Below are positions 33,881 to 48,063 of a stretch of DNA of 64,000 bases, in pieces. The first letter of the stretch is position 1, and every line of letters begins with the position of its first letter. The position numbers were made by a program, and so were the translations under genes. Source of the DNA: Camelus ferus (Eukaryota); NCBI RefSeq assembly GCF_009834535.1, contig NC_045696.1, forward strand, positions 43,030,001 to 43,094,000, in the 5' to 3' direction. Below the pieces are notes generated by a model, which saw only the letters and a program-made list of their open reading frames with translations, ran no database searches and was not told the origin of the DNA.

Positions 33881-35879
33881 CCACACATAACTAATTGTGA
33901 CCAATTATGCTTCACTATGCTTATAAAGGCTTTTGGAAGATGTCAGGAGCTGAGTCCCTCATCCAGAGATGAAAACAAGTGATTTAGCAGGCATTATAAA
34001 ATAATTATTAAAAAAAGAATCCACAGAGTTTTGACTTTTTTTCACAGTATCTGAATAGCTTTATGTAGTTTAACCCATTTATATTAATCATTTATCTCTA
34101 AAAATATTTGGGTGTGATATTTCAGAAAATATTCTGGTTGCCTCATCTGAGACACATGATCGTCTTTTGGTGCTGGGATCTGAGACAGCACAGACACCCC
34201 GAAACTGAGGTCACCTTAGCATGATGCTGCATTAGGGTGAGGAAGTCCTCCTGATTCTTCATGTCTGGGGTTTCCTCATTGTTGGCACTGACAACCCACG
34301 TCCTGGGAACTTCCTCAGTCCAGGGCAAACGAGAATGGTTTCATACTCTCTGCTCTACCTTCATTCTTGTTGCGGGTTTTATTGCCCCTTCCGTCATGGG
34401 GAAGATATTTAAGTCCGGTTGATTGACTTCAAGCAGAAAATGGAGGGGAAGAAGGGATACACTGAGAACTGTCCATTTGGACATCCTTCAGGAAGAGGAG
34501 TTGAGAATGAGGAGGAGGAGGACTTTGGGACCCCCAGGTCCTACACTACAGGCTTTGGGCGCTCCCTGCAGGAGTGTTGGCTGGAGCCCAGCTGAGTGCA
34601 CTCCTGCACCCAGGAATTTCTAGAAATGGCCCATAGCACTTCCTGCTTCCCCACATTTCTCACGCCTCAGTCTTCTAGACTCAAAAAAAAAAAAAAAACA
34701 AAAAACAAATACAACTTAATGATTTTTTTTTTTCCATTTCAGCCTCCTTACTAAGCATCAGTAGTTAGGATTATGCCTGCATTTAATAGTTGGTCAGAAG
34801 TTTTCAGAAAAATAGTTCAGATCATGGGATTTTATAAGCCCTGTTTTATTGGAACTTGCTATATTCAAAATAAAGCAAAAAAACGATGCATTTATTTAAG
34901 CTGTGTGATGTCAAAAATGATTTAATGATTTTAATACCTTATTAAAACATCAAAATGTATTAGGAAACATTCTTGTCAACATAATAGGAATTTTTGTTAA
35001 AGAATGTTGAAAGGAGTGTTTCAAGCCAAAAATCAATAAAAACATAGGAAAGATGAAAGATGACTAATGAGGAAATCAAGCCCTTTACGCTTTGATGAAT
35101 GCCGTTCGAATGTGTCAAAACTTGCAGTGTATTGCCAAATAAAAGAGAGTACGAAACATAAAGAAAACCTCATTAGGGAAAAAACATACAACAATACAGT
35201 CTACTTGAAAATGGCTGATGAGATAATTACATTGAACAGTCAAAGAAGAGCGAAGTTCTGAAGTTTATACTTGTTTGTATCAGTGATCTAAGGAAACTGG
35301 GGACTCATACCAGAATTAGGTACACATTGGAATGTCTTTATTTTAATTTATGTTAAAGAGTAACAGAAGTTCTGCTCTCCTGATAATTTCTCTTAAGCTA
35401 TTATACATGGTTATATTTACTAACTGATGATTTACATATCTTACAGGATAAATGAGTTCAAATACATGTATTTAGCATTGTTCTTTCATTATACTTACAG
35501 ACCAATTGCAGTTGGATGCAGAAGTTATGGGAAATCTGAATGCCTTCCTTACACTAAATCGTTAGAAACACTGTTTTTCTTTTATCATATATTATCATAT
35601 TATTGTCCCACATACAAACAAAATTGTACCTTGGCATTCTCCTCTCTGGTTGCTTCCGAAACGGTATAAACTTTGGCATACACACAATATTCCAGACCGT
35701 CAGGATGACTGTGATATTTTTAATCTTAGATTCTTGATTTTTGGATTCTGGGTCAGCGTAACCTATTTTTCGAGTTTGGCCAGAGTTATGTTCAAGTTCC
35801 TTCTGCCAGTGAGGCTTCAATCTCACTGAAATCTAAGCAAACTATTGAGAGTGTGCTCTGATTTCTTTTTGTCACCTGT

Positions 35880-36882
35880 AGTAAAATGTGAGAGGAAGGA
35901 GATACATGGAGGAAAGAACTGTTAAGCAAAAGAATTGAGACATGACTATTTGGAGACTTCTCAGGTTATCTAGATTGTAAAGCATGAAAAAATTAATTTA
36001 TTATTAGACAAGGATGGAGAGAGTCAGATCTGTGGCTAGACAATTGTTTTATAATGCCTCAGGAGGATTAGAAGTTCAGAGTATTCAGTCACACAAAGGG
36101 CTTTGTGAGATTAGATGTGTAACATACTGATCCTCTCAGCCATCCCAGCAGAAGCTAGGAACACATACAAGATTACTCAGGAAAGGTCTGTGGGAGAAAT
36201 TTTGGTCTAACACAATGAGTTCATGTGAGGATACATGGGAGACACACAAGATATTTGAAATTTTTATAGAAGAAGAAAATACTGCCAACTTGTACTAAAA
36301 GGGACAGAGAGAAGAAGAAATGAAAGAAGTTTGTCAGGCTGTCAAAATTCTGTAGGTAGGAAACAGGATGATAAAATCACTAAACTTCAAACACATTCTC
36401 CCCTTCATTAAAAGGAATAATGACTCTAAGAACAGAACTGTGAGCCCAGTAGGTGGAACCTTCAACAGAAAAGAATTATTCCCAGGCCTTGAAACCTAAT
36501 ACTGTTTTCCCAGCTGGACTTTGAAATTGCTTAAGACAAGTGACTCCTTTTTTCTTTTTGTTTTCTTCCTTTTTGACTGGAAATCTCTGTAACTGTTAAC
36601 CCATTCCTGTACCAACATTCTATTTGGGGAGCAGATAAATTGTTTACGAGACTCACAGGTCCACAAGCAGGGAGAAATTTTTCTTTAAGAATGGATTATA
36701 CCCATACTCTCATCTATACCTAATGTAGTTGAATTAAGTAGTAACATCTGGGACTTTTGATATGAGGTTTAAAACTTGAGCTGATGCTCTAATTGGTTGA
36801 GTCTTTTGGTGTCCTTGGGTGGGATGAGTGTGTTTGCACGTGGGTTGGATGTGAATCTATTTGGTGTCAGATAGTGGATTGC
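35880..36882 (+). mobile_element. MaLR internal sequence (MLT1-int) 3' part
   Basis: Motifs aattattcccaggccttgaaacctaat, ctggactttgaaattgctt, ccattcctgtaccaacattctatttggg and gggatgagtgtgtttgcacgtggg lie immediately upstream of an MLT1 LTR. Confidence 0.7.
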
Positions 36883-37321
36883 TGTAGACACAATAATGGC
36901 CCCATAATATGTCCCTGTCTTACACAGCATTCACAGGTTCTGCTGATTAACATGGCAAAGGGGGGTTAAGTTGGCAAATGGAATTAAGACTGCTAATAAA
37001 TTTATATTAAAATGAAGAGATTATCCTGGATTAAAATGAGGAGGGGGAGGAAGGAGTGTCAGTCATCAGAGTGATGCAATGTAAGAAAGATTCTACCATT
37101 TATTGCTGGCTTTGAAGATATAAAGAGGCCATAAACTAAGGAAGGCAGGGGATTGGATTCTTCTCAAAGCCTTCAGGAGGAATGTGTATTTACCTATAAC
37201 TTCAATTTTAGCTGAGACACCTATTTTGCACTTCTGAACTCCAGGACTATAAGAAAATGTGTGTCATTTAAGTCATCAAGTTTGTGGTAATTTGTTACAG
37301 CAATGATAGGAAACTAGTGCA
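36883..37321 (+). mobile_element. MaLR (MLT1D-like) 3' LTR
   Basis: Begins tgtagacacaataatggcccc. Contains gagattatcctggatt and ttgctggctttgaagat. Ends aagtttgtggtaatttgttacagcaatgataggaaactagtgca. Confidence 0.85.
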
Positions 37322-37469
37322 TGCCGTTCCTACAGTGCTTGGGTTTTGTTTGTTTGTTTTTAATAATTTTCATCAGTTAAATAGTTGTGCCAGTGAGGGG
37401 ATTCGCCAGAGATCCTCACTCTGCTGTTTTAGAAGCCCCTCTCTTGAAATGTATGTCTTCGTGTTTGAA

Positions 37470-39335
37470 AGCTACGTTTGCTGATAAAGAGGTCTAAATA
37501 AACAGTTCCCCCTGCCCTGGCACTCTAACATGCCATTCCATTACCTGGCAAATCCTTCCATTTCTTACTGTTATTGCAAACAGTCTACTATAATTCTGAC
37601 TTCCCTTCTCTGGTGCTTTAAATATATGTTCTTTATCTTTGGCTCTCGAAAGTTTGATAGAAATGTGCTTAGGTGGGGGCGGTGAGGGTGTGTGTGTGTG
37701 TGTGCTGTGTTTATACTTTTGGTGTTTGCTGAGCTACTAGGATTTGTAGTTGGGAGTCTTGGCCATCATCTCTTCAAACAGTTCTTATGCTTTATTCTAT
37801 TTGTCTTTTACTTCTGGGACTTTATTTTCAAATATATTAGGTTGTATCTTGGAACTCATTTTATTTTTCACTTTGTTTTACCTCCTGTGCTTCTCTGTGT
37901 GTTCTTTCTATTGACCTATTTTCACGCTCAGTGATTCTTTACTATGTTGAGTTTATTGATGTGCCCGTCAAAGGTGGTGCACACTTCTATCACCGAGTTT
38001 TTCCTTTTGATTATTTCTTATGTTTCTCTTGCCCCATCTATCTATGCATGTTGCCTGCCTTTTGCTCCACAGACTTTTATGTATTAATCATTAATCAATA
38101 AAAAGAATATAGAGTGATTTAAAATTCTCTGTCTGTTAGTGCCAATATCTGGGTCTTATGAGGCTCGTTCTATTAGTCCCTGAACAGTGTGCTGTGTTTT
38201 GCTTGTATTCTGTATTTCTTGTAGTTTCGACTTGAACACCAGACATCTTGTATAGGAGCACGGAGACTGAGATATAGAGACCTGGAAATGTGAAACTTCT
38301 TTTCTTGCCAGGTTGAGGTTTTCTAGTCAGAAGGTGAACCACGTTGTTGTTGTTATGGTTACCCTTATTGTACCACCAACTTCAAATTTTTCTACCTTTG
38401 CCTTTTGTTTAGTGTGAAGACTGGTTTTCTGGAAGATTTCATCAATGTCTGCTCCATTCTCTGCTTTAGGTCTTCTCTTTGCACTTGTATGTTAGATATT
38501 TCTTCACAGCGTCACCCCTCTCCACATAGTAGACTGCTGTTATCTGTCATGCAGCTCTTGATGATCTGGGAGAGGGAGTGAAAGGCACGGACATTCCCTG
38601 GTGTTTGGGGTCAGCCTTGGTCTTAGGCGGGCAGTGTGCGGCCAGTCTCAAGGATGTAAGGATCTCCTCCTCAGTGATCCTGCTCTTTCCCTGGTGGATA
38701 ATCTCTAATAACACGAGTCCTGAGTGTTTTGTTCCCTTCTGCATAAGTAGAGGTGAGTTTTTATTTCCTACTCCTAGATGCAGGGGTTTTCCACCGATAT
38801 CCTGAGAGCAGTTTATTTTACTACTTTACACCAGGGGCTTAAACTTTTGTTCTAAAGGGACAACAGGGGAGGTTTTGAGTGGGGCTTTATGCCCTTCCTG
38901 CATGAAAGTCCCCTCCCCTTGACACACATCATCAGGGGCTCTCCCTGTCTCTTACTTTGACTAATTTTCCTCATGATCACCTCTTGAGAAAATACTGCAG
39001 ATGGTCATAAATTACCTTTGTGGCTTTCAGCTCCTAGAAGCTCTGGCCTCTCATACTAGCCCATACTCATTATTTAGCAATTGGTTTAAGTTTTAGCTGG
39101 ATTCTTCTTTCTTGCCCTTCAGCTTCTGCATCTGCCCCAGGTAACTAAGTGCTCTGTCCTCTCTCTCTTTGGAAGATCCTATCTTTCCACAGATTTTTGG
39201 TTTGTTGCCCTGTGATCTCAGTTCCCTAATGAGTTCAAGGAAATGTTGGTTTGTAGATCCAGCTTTTTATGTTGTTTTTTTTTGGGAAACAGTGCTCTTT
39301 CTAGTATTGTACATACTAAGTAGAAGCTTAAAATC
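37470..39335 (-). mobile_element. Ancient L1M ORF1/5' region fragment
   Basis: T-rich antisense ORF1-like motifs. The terminal segment (tgccctgtgatctcagttccctaatgagttcaagg..tacatactaagtagaagc) resembles the end of the 4645-6590 element. Confidence 0.65.
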
Positions 39336-39695
39336 CTGTTCCCTTTGTCTGAAAGGTTCTCAGTTTTGGTGTAGAAACATATTTGATTTTTATAGATTGC
39401 TTAGTATTGTGCATCTAAGCTTAAAGCAAACTGTAGGAATCATTCTGCGGAGTTCCTGTCTGTTCAGATAAACACAAAGCAATGTAGGTAATGGTATAAT
39501 ATTACAGTGAGATTCCAGATTCTGCAAAATAGAAACTGATTTCAAGGTGAAAGCAAATAGGCTGGTTATACCAGAAATCCTCTTTGTCTCTGCTTTCAGA
39601 CTGATTTAGTAAAAAGGTTCTCCTTCCTCCCTTGAGAAAGCCTCAATCTATGTAAATTTCTTCCTGCCTTCTTGTTTTTCCCGAGGTAGGGTGGG

Positions 39696-39750
39696 GAGAA
39701 AGAGAGAAAGAAAGAGAAAGAAAGAGAAGGAGAGAGAAAGAGAGAGAGAG
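39696..39750. repeat. GA-rich polypurine simple repeat
   Basis: Read directly from the sequence. Confidence 0.9.
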
Positions 39751-40867
39751 GATGAATCTGATATTCTGGTGTTTGGCAAGCTCTTTTCTAGAGACAGAGA
39801 ATTTAGTTGCAGGTGAGGGGCAAGATCATTGACCTTGCGGAAACTACAGGCTGAAGGTATCCATTATAGTGAAGTACCTCAAATTAGACAGAGTGAAGTG
39901 GCTTATTTAATAACCCCCCTTAAGCTTTGCAGGGTTGTCAAAGAATTTTTTTCAGAAAATTTGAATCATTTTCATCAATATTTTATTATGAGGATATATT
40001 TTGCTGTAAGCTCCCTAAGCGAAGAGACCATCTTCATTTGTTCTTTTCCAGTCTTACAGGGTACATATTGCATACGTATACTGTGTGTGTTCAGTAAGTG
40101 TTCCAGGTTCATTAGATCTTGTGTGTAAGTACCATTCCTACCCAAATATGAGTGTAGCTCACATACTGATGTTCTAAGTTCATTTGTAAGGTTGATTGCT
40201 AAAGTTGAATGCTGATGAATTGATACTAGTTGTGGTAACCTTTTTTTCAGTTTATATTTTTAAATTTCAGTCCTTGAACATTGTACACATTTTGAGTTTC
40301 TGATGGGTAGAAACTGAATTAATATGCTTGAACTCATTTATTCTCCAGTTCAATCCAAAATTGTTGTGCAAATTTGCAACTCATCCAGCCTGTATTGTTT
40401 AAATAGGGTTGCAGCCCCCAAGGTAGTTGTTCATTTGTCAGTGAAGCTTGTGTGTTTGACAAAGTACAGCATAGATGACTAAGTTTTTTTCTCTTGTCCA
40501 GCATCTCACAGCTTTTTGTTACAAACTTTGAGGGGCTTGTCACTGATGCTTTAACTTGCGGAGTTTCCTGATATTATGTCTGAAGTTTGATAATTCTATT
40601 AAAGAATGTTTTTCTATGTCTACATGATGGATTTGATATCAAGTCAAAATTGAGCATTTCTAAGATGCCTCAGTTTTTACTTGCTTAAGGGAATAACGTT
40701 TTAATATAGCAATCTCTTCATTATCCTACCAGGAGAAGAAAGCAGTGCAGATGATTCTGTATTACTAATATTTAAGAGGAAACAAAATAATAGCAGAAGG
40801 CTTCTTGAGGGGTGGAAATAGAAATCTGTTTAGCTTTAACCTGAGTTTCTTCTGTTTCTTCTTATAG

Positions 40868-40959
40868 CCCCCTCATGGCAGGAAATGGACCGTATCTAAA
40901 CTGGCATGCTTGGACCGCCCCTTTTCTACACCTGTTGATTCTCATCCACCACAGGAAAG
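40868..40959 (+). other. Candidate 92-nt internal exon of an unidentified transcript
   Basis: A branch-like ctttaac and the polypyrimidine tract tttcttctgtttcttcttatag precede it; the donor is AAG|gtaggt. It is GC-richer than its flanks. Two frames are open but neither peptide is recognised. Confidence 0.35.
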
Positions 40960-41314
40960 GTAGGTCTTTTTTTGTTGTTGGTTTTTTTTTTTCCTGCTTG
41001 TTTTCTTGTTGTTTTATTTGATAGTCTCTTTCAGCTCTTTGTGGTTTATCATAATAGTCCTGTTCTTATTAACAAAATACAGATTAATCTGACTTTCGAT
41101 CCCAATAGAAACTTGAAAAAATAAGTTGTAATAGTGTGGTAATCTGCAGAAATGAAACTGTAATTAATGCAATTGTAATTAAAATACCAAAGCCTTCTTT
41201 AATTTAAATGGCAGTATATTGGTTAAAATAGCCAGCAATTTAGAGGATTAATGTATAATCCATGGTGTAAATTACAATCTTCTTTTGCCATTTGGATATA
41301 GATTCTTGATACAA

Positions 41315-41520
41315 ACAGGTTCTAGATGCAGAATACCTGGTCTTTAAACGCTGTCTCTACTATTTATTGAGTAAACTCAAATTTTAAAACTCTCTGTCTC
41401 CTCACCTGTAAAATGGGAATATTAGTAGTATCTTCCTCTAAAGGTTATTTTGAGGATGAAATGAGGAAATATTTGTAAATCTAGAGCAATAAGTACAAAA
41501 ATACTATTATTTATTAATAT
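41315..41520 (+). mobile_element. MIR
   Basis: Core ctcacctgtaaaatgggaatattagtagtatcttcctctaaaggttattttgaggatgaaatgagg. Confidence 0.8.
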
Positions 41521-44293
41521 TTTTATGAATTTGAAATAATGACAGCATACTCAACCTTCTCTTAGTCCGTGGCACCCAGGAAAATCTTTTAAAAAGGGAA
41601 CTCTGGTTCAGACCCTTACCATATAATCCACAATAAAAGTCTGCTGCAACCTTTTTGGGTATGGGTATGGGTTTGGGATTTTCAATACAACATCTGGGAT
41701 TTCAGCTAATAAGAATGTAAGTAAGCATCCTTTAGCTATGCTTGTCACAGTGGCTACTTATGTTCTAGCATGCACAGTTCAATATATTTCTGCTATGAGT
41801 TTGTTAGAAAGGTAAGAGATGGCTAGGAAAAAATGGCAGATAGGTCAAGATAATTCTCCAGTTCCACTCCTCTTACTATTCTGGCTGGAAAAGCTGGAAT
41901 CATTTAGATGATCATTTATTTAAATTCATCCTTGATCAGCTTCCTTGTTTCTACGGAGTACATGTAGGAAGTCTATGACACTGATTTGATTTTACAGGTC
42001 AGGAAGAATTTCTCCTGGTGTTACATCATTTTGTACCGGTGACAACACAACATAATTGCTACTTCAGGCAATTCTATAATGCATCAGTTGAAGAGTTAGA
42101 GGGAAGGGTTTGAGCAGTCAAATTAACCCAACTTCCATAACTTAAAAAGCCATTGCTGAATCGTTAGCACAATCCTGGGTGTCTGAATAATATGAAAATG
42201 TAGCTTGGTAAAATAACCCAGAAAAGCTTCTACTCATGTAGCAGATATCTCATAGTATAGAAACTAAGAGACAGACCAATAGAATATTTATTTCTTTTGA
42301 AGATCAGTAAGAATTTACTCTATTTCCTCTTCTGATGGCTCTTCCGACTCTCTCTTTATCTTCTTGTGGATAGAATTATAGTAAGAGTCTGCCAAATTCA
42401 GACTCAGAGAAACACATCTAACTTACGTTTTGATGTGGCTTTTTCTTCTCTATGACGGTGCTCAGTTTGGTTTCCACCCAGCACAAGGTGTTCTAACTGT
42501 CAGTCATACAAAGGGCCAATTAGTTCATCAAGTCAGTTTTTCTACCAGAGTAGGATAGATCTCTGTTAAGTTTTTTTCTTCTATTTTCCCCCAGGCTAGA
42601 ATTGAACATGTTTCTTGCTATTTCTTGAGGGCAAAGAAGATAAAAATCAATAATAAAAGTAGATGTGGGTTTAAGGGGACTAGTGTCTTAAATAAGGAGG
42701 AGGCATTTCACTTAAGCAGTTGCTGAGAACTTTTTATTCCATTGGGTGATAAATGACTTCTCTTTCATTTTTCTTTTACTAGCAAAAAACAAACAAGCAC
42801 TTTATCACCGTGTAAAAGTCAGACCTAGAATTCTATCATTGGCATATATATTTCCCCAGGGAAATACACCTGCACAGAATTCTTCTGATCTGTTGACAAA
42901 TCCTTTGAGATTTCTCTTTTGCTTAAGAAGAATAAGAGTATTTAGAATATTGGATTTCCATATTTGGCTAAGGAAAAGGACGAGAGGGAGAAAGAAAGAG
43001 AGGAACTGGAAAAGTGTGTGTCTATGAATATGTGTAGGAGAGTGTGTATGGTATCTGTGTGTGTAAGTTTGTGTTAGGAAAAATATCAGTTAGATTAAAA
43101 TAATATATGGTTATGGATTTTTCCCCCTCAGAGGACATTAGCATTGGAGTGATGCTTAGAATAGTTGAACTGAACTTTCTAACTTTACATAAAGATTGTT
43201 TTATTTGCCAAGGTTACCAAGGTTACCAAAATAGATTGAAGATGGTTCAGGGCTAAACCAGACTTCCTGATTTCTCGTTAAGTGTTTTCTCCTCTATACT
43301 ACTCTTGTTCAAGATTATTTTTCATTTTCATCAAGAAGAGTGAGATTTCTGAATTATAAGTGATTTAGCCTGCGGCTTAGACCTGAATGACTGAGACCAG
43401 AACAGAGAAGATTTGTTTGTATCTTTAGCTCAGATAGGCTTAGAGAAGTCTCAGCTTCTGCAAGGAATAGTCTTTAAGCCAGAAGAGACTGAGATCTGTT
43501 ATTTAAATCCTGATTCTTATGATGTCAGACGTGTACTCAGACATCAGGCATTTTAGCAAAGAAATGGGGAGAAGTTGGCAGCAGAATCACACCTCAAAAC
43601 TGCATGATGTCTTAATGCAGCATCCTGCCTTTCTGGGACCCTACTGATTAAAACATTAAGAAAATTCATTTCTGAGCCAAATTAATTATAGTAATAGATA
43701 ATGTCCAAATAAATGAAAATAATATATCATAATAATATAATGATGTGTTTTGGACTCTGATTTCATCCAACCCTAATTGTTAAAATTCATCAGTAGTCAG
43801 CACTGGTGAGTCCCTTCTCATATTCTGATTTCTGTAGTAACTGAACAAGTAAGACAAGATTAAAATGAAAAAAGAAATATGTGTCTCTAATGGCAGAATT
43901 ATCTCAGAATTTATATCAGAGTTATGATTCATTCTAAGCTTCATAATTATCCTTTATTATATGTGCTATGTTTTAAGAATGATCTTCTAATAAGGTGTTT
44001 CTATTTGATTATGATCGAGAATAAAGTTTCTGAATACAGAGGCTAAACCAATAAAACTTACAGATATCACAGCTGCTGTTTCTCCCATAAGCACTCTGCC
44101 AACAATAGCAATAATTGCACCAAGAACCTTTTACACTCCCTGAGAGTGTGCGTGGTGCCTGTCTTGGTCAGATGAAGACAGAGGCTTAGAGAAGGTAAGG
44201 TACCTGAATTTGCATACTTAGTAAGTGACAGATCTTAGGAAACCCCGGGAAGACTGACATCAGAATCCACAGCATTAAGCCCCACACCCCAGT

Positions 44294-44345
44294 TGTGTGT
44301 GTGTGTGTGTATGTGTGTGCACACGTGTGTACCGGCGTGTGTGTG
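44294..44345. repeat. Imperfect (TG)n microsatellite
   Basis: Read directly from the sequence. It sits next to an antisense MIR fragment at about 44120-44270 (cagatgaagacagaggcttagagaaggtaag). Confidence 0.9.
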
Positions 44346-47300
44346 AGGCCATGATGCGTGTCAGCACGGAGAGAGGAGATAATGTGAAGGAGAGAATCAG
44401 GAAGTGATCGGGTGACAACAGCAGCATGGCTCTGATCAGTGTTACTTCTCTTGTCATTGAAAAGAAAGAGCTACAGACTGTCTGTATTTAGATGATCAGA
44501 CGTGAGGACCTATTTATATTATTAATACTATAGTATTACTGTTATTTAAAACAGTAGTCAATATCCTGCTTGCAAAATGGCTTGGTTTTTGTTGTTTAAA
44601 ATTTTCTTGGCATTTGATTGAGTTAAAAATAGAGAAAGGGAAATCTAGATGTCTAAAATACCTAATATAAAATGTTAAGCACATAACTGCCATATGTAAA
44701 GTGTTATGTCTACATTTCTGTAATTTCTGGTCTACAGGGACTAGATTTGCACCATCTTTGGCAAAGCTATTTGACAAAATAAGAAATAAAACACTAAAGT
44801 GAACTCATTTTGAAAAAGTAAAATGGAAACAGAGCAGATGTCATTTTGTAAATGGAGAATAAAAAGGTTTCTGTTTGTCAGCATATGAAAAGTTTAAAAT
44901 AATTTCACTTCATGAAGAGTAAGACTTTAAGTGATTATAGAATTGCTAATGGGTGAGAGAAACACAAGTAAATTTACCAAAGTTCTGTCGGTGTCATTTA
45001 CACATTCAGTAGATCATATATTATTTATTTGCTAAGATAATGCATTATGCAATTAGAGCTATTCTTCTATTTTGTATCATTTAAATTCTATATTAAACTG
45101 CATTTAAATAAAATTTCAAACAATTTAGTCTACATCTATCACAACTGAAGATGGCAGGTGTCTGGGGTATAATATACGAGGCTTGATTTATTTCCAGTTT
45201 CTTGCTTGATAAAAATATTCAGAATTAATTATCAATCCAGCCTGAAGAGAACTCTTTAAAATTATATCTTTACAGATAAATGTATCCTTTAAAAATGCTC
45301 CTTTTATCCTCACCTCCACCTCTACATCCCCTAGTCCATTTCCTGTCACTGTCATTGATGAAGCTTTGAATATGTGATTTTCCTAATTCTTAGCTGTAAT
45401 ATTTTTAAGTTGTCAAAATATGAGAATAAATCTACAGCATACATTGGATTTGGTGGCGTTGGGGGTATCAGGCAGCCATGTCTTCTTTTTGATTACAACC
45501 AAGTTTCTTCTTCCTATTCTGTATAGTGTGTTGGGGTTCCTATGTGCACTGTTTTGCCCTTCGCAGTGTTCAGACTCTTGATCCAACCAAAGTCAATTAG
45601 AATCACAAACTTGAGCATGCCATCACAAAAAGATGCAAACACACTTAATTCCACTTAATTCTAGAAGAGGCTGTCAGACTGCATGTCACCTGTCAGAAGA
45701 CCAGTGCCATTACCCTCCAGAATTTCCTGTTTGATTTCAAGCCTCGACCTCCCATCTTACCACCAATTTTGTATTTTTCAAAAACACTTTTAAAATACTT
45801 TTCTTGATTTAGATAAGCTGTAGCCAGTTTCTGTGATTTGCAACAAAAGAACACCAATATTGTAAGATCCTAGCATGTGTCTATATTGTTTTAACTTGGA
45901 AGTACTGTAACATTGAGAGGCAGTGTGTTATCTGCTATCTACTCTCTGTCAAAGTATATCACTGAGTTGTCAAAACATGCTCCCCAAATCTATATCAAAA
46001 TACCTCACTCTGGAGGAATCCCACCCTATTCAGCCTTGATTTGGTATATAGCTTTGTGCCACATAACTCCTCAGGAAGAATGTTTAAATTTTTCGGCAAA
46101 GATTTCATTCTCCAGTATTTATCCAACAAAACAAAAGTGGTATATTTTATAAGGATAAATTTATCATTGCCTGGCAAAACATTGCCAAGGTCTGGAAGTT
46201 TAATGAAGGTCATAATACAATGTATTCCTTAAAATAGATAAATTGGTCACAAATTATGCTACTATGAGGAATGTTGCTTTTTTGTTGCTAATACTGGCTT
46301 CTTTAAATAGTTTTTGGTCTGAAATATTCAGATGATATTTAATAGAGCCTATGATGCAAAGTCAAATATTCTCAGACATTATGCATTGTAGTGACATGAT
46401 TTTATCTTTTAAATAAACAACAACATATGCATCTTTACAAATTGAGAGTACTTCTAGGAAGAGCAAGTATAGAAATTTATGTGAACATTTTTCTTTGAAC
46501 TTTATATCTAAAGACACAAGTTAAAATTACTAGAATTCCCTTGGGTCTTTCCCATCTATATAGTGATCTTAATACTTTGGCTCGTTTGATTGTTTCTAAT
46601 TCATGCTCTTCCGTTAACTTCAAACAGAATCATAGTGTTAAACACAGATTGATTCAGGCCATGTCTCCAGAGAAATAGAGCAAATACTAAGCTAATCCGT
46701 GTAACTATACTGTATGTGTGACCTTCCTAAACTGGAGAGTGGCAGCTAATGAAGACCAACGTGAGAGTGGCTGGCACGCCATATTTTAGCTGTTCAAACA
46801 CATATGTACAGATTGAGTCCTGTTTTGAAGCCAGACGCTATTTTGTTTGTTTTCTGGATGGGGTGGGGGGTGGTACCACCGGCAGTACAACACTGCATGC
46901 AAAACAAATCAGAACGACAACACAAAAACACTTGCTCAGTACGTTTTGCGGTGGTGATGATGTTTACCCTTGTGGGTTTTTTGTGGACCTCACATCTTTG
47001 AGTGTTCTTCCTCTTATAGATGACATCTGAAAATGGTACCTGTTCAATCCATCATGGGATTGTGAAGGTTAATTTTAGAGGAAAATTGCTACATGGACTC
47101 AGAAATTGTTATTATTTTCTTGTTTCTTGTCTGAGGCTTTATCTACCATTCTGAGCTGTCATTTTATAATTCTAAAAAAAATATGAGAGCTGTTATCAGA
47201 AGAGGTGGTTTACCACCAGATATAAAATATAGTTTTTATTATTGTTGTTGGTTGTTTTGTTTTTGTTTTTAACTGAGCACTAAAACTGAGATGCTTTCCG

Positions 47301-47779
47301 TACGTGATAGTTGTGTGGCAGTGGATGAGCTCTGTGATAATTACAGGTTATAACTTATCATCTAGGGGTGATAATATATGGGCAGCAATTCAACACATAG
47401 CCTAGTCAAATACTTCTTATTTCTTCCCCAAATTATTTATTTATTTTTCCAATTAAAAGAAATTTTACCTACATAATTGGGTCAAAAGTGTACTACAATT
47501 GAGATACTTCCACAGTCAAGGGCAGATGCATAATACACCATCCATCAAACTTGCTAGACTCAGAAGCAGAATAGTGGGAAGGAAGAAAAACATCTAAGAC
47601 ATTCACAATTTTCCATCCTGCACTGCACAGGTACATACTCCATCTCTCCCTCATTATCATAGGTTTCCTGAAAGCAGAGGTTTAACAAAACACATTTTGA
47701 TATCCTCACCATCAAATGGCACCTAGAGAGTGAAAACTCTGATATTTTTTATTTAAAGAATAAGCAAGTGATAATCACA

Positions 47780-48020
47780 ACTTTAATAATGACAATAATA
47801 AAAAGATGATTTAGATCTTATGAAAATGGCCATGTGTCACACAATGTTCTGGTAGCTTCAGATTTGTTAACTCCTTTAATCTTCTCAAAAACCCTGTAAA
47901 GTACTCTTATCCCCACTGCACAGGCGGGCAAACACTTGCCAAAGTAACTCATCTAGTAAGAGATGGAAAGAGGATTTCAGTGTAGGCATTCTGGCTCCAT
48001 AGATTTAAAATCTTAACCAT
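47780..48020 (-). mobile_element. MIR
   Basis: Antisense MIR motifs: aactcctttaatcttctcaaaaccctgtaaagtactcttatcccca..acttgccaaagtaactcatctagtaag..tctggctccatag..tcttaacca. Confidence 0.75.
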
Positions 48021-48063
48021 TTTTTCTCTTTAATGAAAACAGTGATTATGGTTGTTTTTGAGC

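Noticed and set aside
39580..39692. Another + strand acceptor/donor pair (ctttcag|...gag|gtaggg), plus several lone polypyrimidine-AG sites
   Set aside because: Such sites are common by chance in T-rich DNA, the donor is weaker, and there is no coding signal.
44350..44500. Possible C/D-box snoRNA (ATGATG...CTGA)
   Set aside because: The C box is imperfect, and there is no terminal stem or recognisable rRNA antisense element.
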